Shown one piece after another: positions 56,282 through 64,000 of a DNA stretch of 64,000 nt (position 1 is its first letter; every line of letters starts with the position of its first letter). The notes below the pieces were generated by a model, which saw only the letters and a program-made list of their open reading frames with translations, was not told the origin of the DNA and did no database searches. The stretch comes from Eledone cirrhosa (Eukaryota), in the NCBI GenBank assembly GCA_964016885.1, contig OZ024740.1, forward strand, positions 23,312,001-23,376,000, given 5' to 3'. A program made the position numbers and the translations under genes.

Positions 56282-56651
56282 TGTGTGTGTGTGTACTTTA
56301 GAATATATATGTATAATGTTTTGTTGCTCTTTAGCCTTTAGTAGATATTGATTTAACAGGCCTCTGATTATATACAATCTTTTGTGTAAGTGCGGATACG
56401 AAATAACATATTATCCAACACTTCTTCATTATAAGATTAAATATGGAGTTTGCTTCTATGTCTAGCATATCGTGCGACTCACAGTGTCTTATTCATTAGA
56501 TCGTAGTATACGATCCTTTACGCAAGTGTATTAAGTTAGCCTGCGAATTGTGTCTCCAGGTGTCTTGTCGGTACTAAACAATGAAGATTCAACTCTCTTG
56601 TTTTGCTGCTTTGTCAGCTCACCAGGCTGTGTTATGCAGCCCAGAGAAGAC

Positions 56652-56832
56652 ACATGATCCTCTCTATATACTTAGGAAGCTGCCAGTCTATATTTATTTT
56701 ACGGCCCTTTATGATCTGAGTTCAAATCCCGCCGAGGTTAACTTTGCCTTTCATACTTACGGGGTCGATAAAATAAAGTACCAGTAATACACTGGGATAA
56801 TTGCTAGCCTTGTGCCAAAAGTAGAAACAATA
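56652..56832 (+). mobile_element. SINE core preceded by the same foreign segment as 47269-47319
   Basis: CATGATCCTCTCTATATACTTAGGAAGCTGCCAGTCTATATTTATTTTACGG, then B box and core. Confidence 0.85.
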
Positions 56833-56971
56833 TATTTATTTTCTATCATACGCTACTTTCTATTGTTTCAATCACCGTAAATTTATTAAAATATCAAAAT
56901 CTTTTAATCTCAACCTCATAGCTGTAGACACCAGCTTTCAGGATTTTAGGGAATCATAGCGGCCCCATAAA

Positions 56972-57130
56972 GTCGGTGAATTAGCATGGTAGTTATGACT
57001 TCAGATAAGATGCTTTGTAGTATTCATTTCAGCTCTCTGCTTTCAGAGTTGAAATCCCACAGTGGTCAATTTGTTATTTCTCCATTCGAGGTTGATAAAA
57101 AAAAGTACCAGTCAAGTACTTAGGTCGATT
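56972..57130 (+). mobile_element. Old diverged SINE
   Basis: GAGTTGAAATCCC...GAGGTTGATAAAAAAAAGTACCAGTCAAGTAC. Confidence 0.65.
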
Positions 57131-57437
57131 CTTCCTCATTATGTCTACTTCACTCTCCCCCTTCTCTGGATGAAAGCTACTGTATTCAGACGTGGAAGTA
57201 TTGGACTGCGCGAGGATAAAAAATGCCCTAGAAAGGGTGCGATGTCAATACGGCAACCCTATGGTGCCGCATATGCATCATCCCATTATGAATTTCAATT
57301 TACTATGTGATGTCTATATGTAGGACAGCCATGTTATAGTACCTAACGGGAAGCTACCTAATTGAAAAAAAAACAACCCACACCCTGTAACAAAATGTGG
57401 CACGCACAAAAGCATATGTAAATGTATACTCACACAC

Positions 57438-57475
<38 letters not shown>

Positions 57476-58105
57476 CAAGAACGAACGGTTACACCTTCAT
57501 TACGTTTATTGTTTGGGGACGCGAGTTTCGCTACTGATCAGCTCGAGGTTCGATCTGTATCGACCTAGCCCGATTCTGGAATCAACAGCTGGTCGGACAT
57601 CTGTGGTATATATATATATGTGTGTATATACATTTATTTATTACATTAATATCATGTATAGCTTGTCCCTGGCTTTGAGTGCACTATATATACATACGTT
57701 CATATGTATATACATGCATACATATGCACATACATACGTACTTACAGACATACCTGCATATGCATATACATATATATATAAACATATATATATAAATGTG
57801 TGACGCGTGAGTGGCATATGTTTGTGTGGTGCATGTTTGTGTGTGTATGTGTGTGTATGCGCATGTATGTGTGTGTATGTGTGTGACTGTTTGGGTCTGC
57901 ACCAATGGATGATTGTATCCAGAAACATCCCTATGTATATTTAGTTTGTGATTATATGTCGTCATATATGAGGTATAAAATGAGCCCCACACCTCCTTGT
58001 GCTGTCGTAGAGGAACCGTCATAGGGCATCTCTAGGGTATTTTAAACCTGCTGGAGCCCAACCCTCTCCAGGTCTGAACACAATCGATTTTTTCTACAGC
58101 GGAAG

Positions 58106-58270
58106 AATCGACCCCAGTACTAGACTGGTACTATTTATTTTATCGACCTCGAAACGATGAAAGGCAAAATGGATTCCCGGCGGGATTTGAACTCAGAGTA
58201 CGCAATGAGGTTGGACGAACACCATAAACCATTCTATCCGACGCCTCAACGACCCTGCCAATTCGCCGCC
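58106..58270 (-). mobile_element. tRNA-derived SINE, related subfamily
   Basis: Minus strand GGCGGCGAATTGGCAG...GAGTTCAAATCCCGCC...GTCGATAAAATAAATAGTACCAG. Confidence 0.85.
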
Positions 58271-58373
58271 TATTTATAAACCGTGTACATAAATGGAGTT
58301 TATATTTTTTTGTTATTTTGTGAAGTGTTTCAAACACACATACTAAATAACGTATAGTCACTTATAGGCATAA

Positions 58374-58406
<33 letters not shown>

Positions 58407-58431
58407 CATACAAACACACACACACACCCAT

Positions 58432-58492
<61 letters not shown>

Positions 58493-58534
58493 TGTATGTA
58501 TATATATAATGTATATAAATATATAAATATATAT

Positions 58535-58588
<54 letters not shown>

Positions 58589-59114
58589 ACATGGTGTGTA
58601 TAAATAAATAAACGGTGTGTATGAATTTAGTAACTGTATATCCTAACAATGCTCATTCAATATTTATGAAGATATAATTATACATACATATATACACACA
58701 TAAACATAGGGAGAGAGGGTGAGGTAGAAAAGGAGGGTGAGAGACAGAGAGATAGAAATAGAGAGAGAGAGAGGGGGGCTCATGCATTCAGATTTGCGCT
58801 TAATTATGTAGACGCATATTCATTTACGCACACACAGATATATATATACACGCATACACACACACATACATATATATATAACTATATATATATATATATA
58901 TATGTTTATATATGGTTATATATATATTTATATATACATACACACACACACACACATTTATATATAACTATATATATATATATAGGTTTATATATGTTTA
59001 TATATGGTTATATATATATTTATATGTACATATACACACACACACATGTGAATAAAGTTTCATACACACACACACACACATATATAGTGTGAATAAAGTT
59101 TCACACACACACAA

Positions 59115-59183
<69 letters not shown>

Positions 59184-59240
59184 GTTATATATGTTATAGA
59201 ATGCCATTAGCTTCTTGCTAAAACAATCTCTATACGTCTC

Positions 59241-59284
<44 letters not shown>

Positions 59285-59520
59285 TTGTATACGTGTGTGT
59301 TTGTGTACAAAGGGAAGAAAGCATGTTTGAAATGTCTTTATATGTCTAAAACACGTTATTTCTCTCTGTCTATCTATTTATTTATTTATTAATTATCTAT
59401 CTATCTATCTAGCTATCTATCCCTCAATCAATGTATGTATACTCTTTTACTCTTTTTCCTGTTTCAGCCATCCGGCTGAGGCCATGCTGGGGCACCGCCC
59501 TTGGATGTATATATCTATAT

Positions 59521-59697
59521 ATCTATATATCTTTGTATGTAAATATATATGTATGTATGTATCTATATATCTTTGTATGTAAATATATATGTATGTATGT
59601 ATCTATATATCTTTGTATGTAAATATATATGTATGTATGTATCTATATATCTTTGTATGTAAATAAATATATATGTATGTATCTATATATCTTTGTC
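59521..59697. repeat. 40-bp tandem repeat ATCTATATATCTTTGTATGTAAATATATATGTATGTATGT
   Basis: About 4 units. Confidence 0.9.
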
Positions 59698-59743
59698 AGT
59701 ATATATGTATGTATATATGTATCTAATTATCCATCACTGTCTG

Positions 59744-59830
<87 letters not shown>

Positions 59831-60354
59831 GACTGCGTGCGAAATCTGGTGGTTTAAAGTTAATGCGGACAGTATTTCAGGTGATGACAAAAGGTTGCTT
59901 TCTGGCCTATTACCACACTATATTGTGTTCAGCTGGGGTGTATTGTACTTGTTGTTCAATGTGTTAGACATGTCTCACACTGTGTCAAACTGAATCTCCC
60001 TGAGAACTTACTTAAATGCATACGTATTTAACGAATGCTTAGACACTTGCATGTTTATTTTCAGAGCAAGCTTATGAAGCAAGACAAATGTTCATCCTTT
60101 GAACCGGTGGAGATCCAACACACACACACACATACACACACACTCGCGCGCGCGCGCACGCACATACACAGACACACACACCTCTGTCTATTTATATCAA
60201 TCACTATTCTCTCTATAAATATATATGCATATATATATATATATATATATATACATAAATATATGTATGTATATATATATGTATATATGTATATATGTAT
60301 GTATGTATGTATGTATCTATCTATTTATCTATCTAGCTAGGTATCTATATCTCT

Positions 60355-60447
60355 CTCTTTCTCCCTCTCTATCTGTCTATATATCTATGTATGTATGCTT
60401 GTACGTTTGTGTGTATGTATGTATCTCTCTCTCTCTCTCTCTCCCTT

Positions 60448-60491
<44 letters not shown>

Positions 60492-60581
60492 TCTATCTGT
60501 CTATATATCTATGCATGTATGCTTGTATGTTTGTGTGTATGTATCTCTCTCTCTCTCACTCTCTCTCTCTCTCTCTATCTA

Positions 60582-60612
<31 letters not shown>

Positions 60613-60675
60613 TTCTCCCTCTCTATCTGTCTATATATCTATGCATGTATGCTTGTATGTTTGTGTGCATGTATG

Positions 60676-60721
<46 letters not shown>

Positions 60722-60735
60722 CCTCTCTATCTATC
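60355..60735. repeat. ~125-bp compound microsatellite unit x3
   Basis: CTCCCTCTCTATCTGTCTATATATCTATG...GCTTGTA recurs at ~60361, ~60485 and ~60615. Confidence 0.85.
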
Positions 60736-62789
60736 TATAGACCTGTCTGTCTATCTCAGTATCTATCTACCGAAATATTTCTCTCTGTCTGTCTCACTAT
60801 CAATTATCGATACCTTAATTATAGCTCCCCCACCCTCCCTACACGTCTGTCTGCTCCCCTACCCTCTCTCTCTCTCCCCCTCTCCATCTTCCATTCACAA
60901 CCAAGTTAAACTCTATTTCCACAAAATCCCCCCCTCCCTTCTGCCGCCACCCTCCTCTGTAAACTAATACTCTACAGTAACGCCCTCTTCTGTCAATATA
61001 CATTGGTAGGCGTATCAGCTACATGCCTACTGAATGCCATCCGAAAGCCACCCGTTACCCACCCGTTACCCACCCGGTTCTCTCATTACTGGTAATTACC
61101 CAGGATAATCACACCGATACTAATCACAGCTATTTCAACCAACTTGATCATGTTCAGCTATGGAGCTCCCCCCTCTCTCACACTTTTCTACATTTAATAC
61201 ACACACACACACACAGACACACACACACACAGACACACAAACACACAGACAGACACACACACACATACACACACACACACATACAGACACACACACACAG
61301 ACACACACACATACACACACACATATACACATACACACACACACACATAGACACACACACATAGACACACACACACACACACAGACACACAGACACACAC
61401 ATACACACACACAGACACACACACAGACACACACACATACACACACATACACACACATACACACACACATACACACACACATACACACACATACACACAC
61501 ATACACACACACGTACACACAGACACACACACGCAGACAAACACAAACACACACAGACACACACACATACACACACATACACACATACACACATACACAC
61601 ACACGTACACACACAGACACACACACACAGACACACATACACAAACAGACAGAGACACACACATACGCGCACATATACACACACACACATACACACACAC
61701 ACATACACACAGATAGACACACCCACCCATACACACACACACACAGACACACACATACACACACACATACACCCCCCCCCACACACACAGACACACACGC
61801 ACACACACACACACACAGGCACAGGCACAGATACACACACAGGCACACACACACAGAGACACACACACACACACAGGCACAGGCACAAGCACAGACACAC
61901 ACACAAACACGCACACATACATGCACACACACACACACACACAGACACACACACACACAGGCAGACGCACAGGCACAGACAGACACACAGACACACATAC
62001 ACACATACATACACACACACATATACACAGGCACGCACATACACACACAGACACACACAGGCACACAGACAGAAACACACACACAGGCACACATACACAG
62101 ACACACACAGACACACAGACAGACACCCCTCCCCCGATACGCACACAGACAGGCACACCAATACGCAGGAACACACACATACATATATACACATACTTTA
62201 ACATACACACGAACACAGGCACACATACACATATATAAAGATACTTACACATACACACCCACACAGAGACACACATACACACACATACACGCACCAAAAC
62301 ACAGGCATACACACACATGGAAACACTCACACACACAAACCCTCATACTCATAAATTGACACATCTACTCACACTCACACTCATACATATAAAGTCACAT
62401 GTCCAGTTACAAATAACAACACACACACATAAACATAAACATATATATATATATACGCAGATATATATAAATGTATGAATACAAACATACATGTGTGTAT
62501 ACCCACATGTATATATACCAACATATATATATATATATACCCACATATATATATATACCCATACATATATATATACCCACACATATATATATTCCGACAT
62601 ATATAAATACCCACATGTATATATACCCACATATATATATATATATATATATACCCACATATATATATATACCCACATATATAAATACCTACATGTATAT
62701 ATACCCACATATATATATATATATACCCACACATATATATATACCCACATATATAAATACCTACATGTATATATACCCACATATATATA

Positions 62790-62941
62790 TACACCCTCAC
62801 ATATACCTAGCAACACAGACACCCTTTACTACAGACATAAAACACGTATCTCTTGAAATATCTCTACACCCCTATATATACCCATATATATATATACCCA
62901 CAAATATATATACACATATATATACACCCACACATATATAC

Positions 62942-62993
<52 letters not shown>

Positions 62994-63144
62994 CCTCACA
63001 TATACCTAGCAACACAGACACCCTACACTACAGACATAAAACACGTATCTCTAGAAATATCTCTACACCCCTATATATGCCCATATATATATATATACCC
63101 ACACATATATATACCCATATATATACACCCACACATATATATAC

Positions 63145-63182
<38 letters not shown>

Positions 63183-63262
63183 CCTCACATATACCTAGCA
63201 ACACAGACACCCTTCACTACAGACATAAAACACGTATCTCTAGAAATATCTCTACACCCCTA
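62790..63262. repeat. ~195-bp tandem triplication (83-bp unique core plus ATATACCCAC microsatellite)
   Basis: CACCCTCACATATACCTAGCAACACAGACACCC...TCTCTACACCCCT at ~62792, ~62991 and ~63180. Confidence 0.92.
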
Positions 63263-63419
63263 CCAAGCTTTACCTTCGTCTCTGTCCTTTTTCGATATAA
63301 TCTAATTTATCTCTGTTTTATCTTCGTTATTTTCATGATGGCCACCTATTGAGATTTTATCGCAGACCCCACCTGCTTTTGCATTTGCTTTCTTATATAT
63401 ACGTTACTTACAAACATAA

Positions 63420-63525
<106 letters not shown>

Positions 63526-64000
63526 ACACGCACACACACACATATATATATATACGTATATGTGATATATATATTTATATATATATATGTATATATATAT
63601 ATGTATATATATATATATCATAATCTATAAAGCTCAGTGTGTGGTCATGTTCCTTCGTTATAGAAATCTACGATATAGAATTTCTTCAATTGAAATTTAC
63701 AATTCAGAATTCGAAATAGATTCGATTGCGTCTTGACGCAGATAATTTTTTCACTTTCACCCACAATTACGCAAAAAATAGATAAAACTCAATATTTTAC
63801 GATTTTACTCTCTCATTTAATCTGCTGAACTCTTTCTACTACCATTCAAAATCTATACAACTTCATACTTTCTGCTACTTTCTCTTTCCAAGCTTAAGGG
63901 TGATACTGTCCGTTCACACCACTCCCTACTGTCTTAAATTTAGAAAACACATATCCTCTATGAGGTTACTAAACCTGCTAGAAACAGCAGCTAACTCTCC

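Overview
AT-rich, microsatellite-saturated animal DNA. The SINE and repeat signatures look cephalopod/octopus-like; this is inferred from recalled repeat signatures, not checked. I find no convincing host protein-coding exon. Bases 1-21531 are a 39-bp satellite built from 15- and 24-bp subunits. It aligns without gaps to the tRNA-derived A-box head of the local SINE family and runs directly into the body of a SINE copy, so it appears to have been amplified from a SINE promoter. The rest of the window is (TA)n/(CA)n/(CT)n DNA with about a dozen SINE copies, an RTE-type LINE 3' fragment and a Penelope-like (PLE) GIY-YIG fragment. It also holds a dense set of short elements carrying type I hammerhead ribozyme (HHR) motifs from at least six unrelated sequence families. 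Most of these sit in (TA)n tracts as fold-back palindromes with one short arm and one tailed arm. Three families show the compensatory U3-A8 core. All structures were read by eye and end coordinates are approximate to a few bases.
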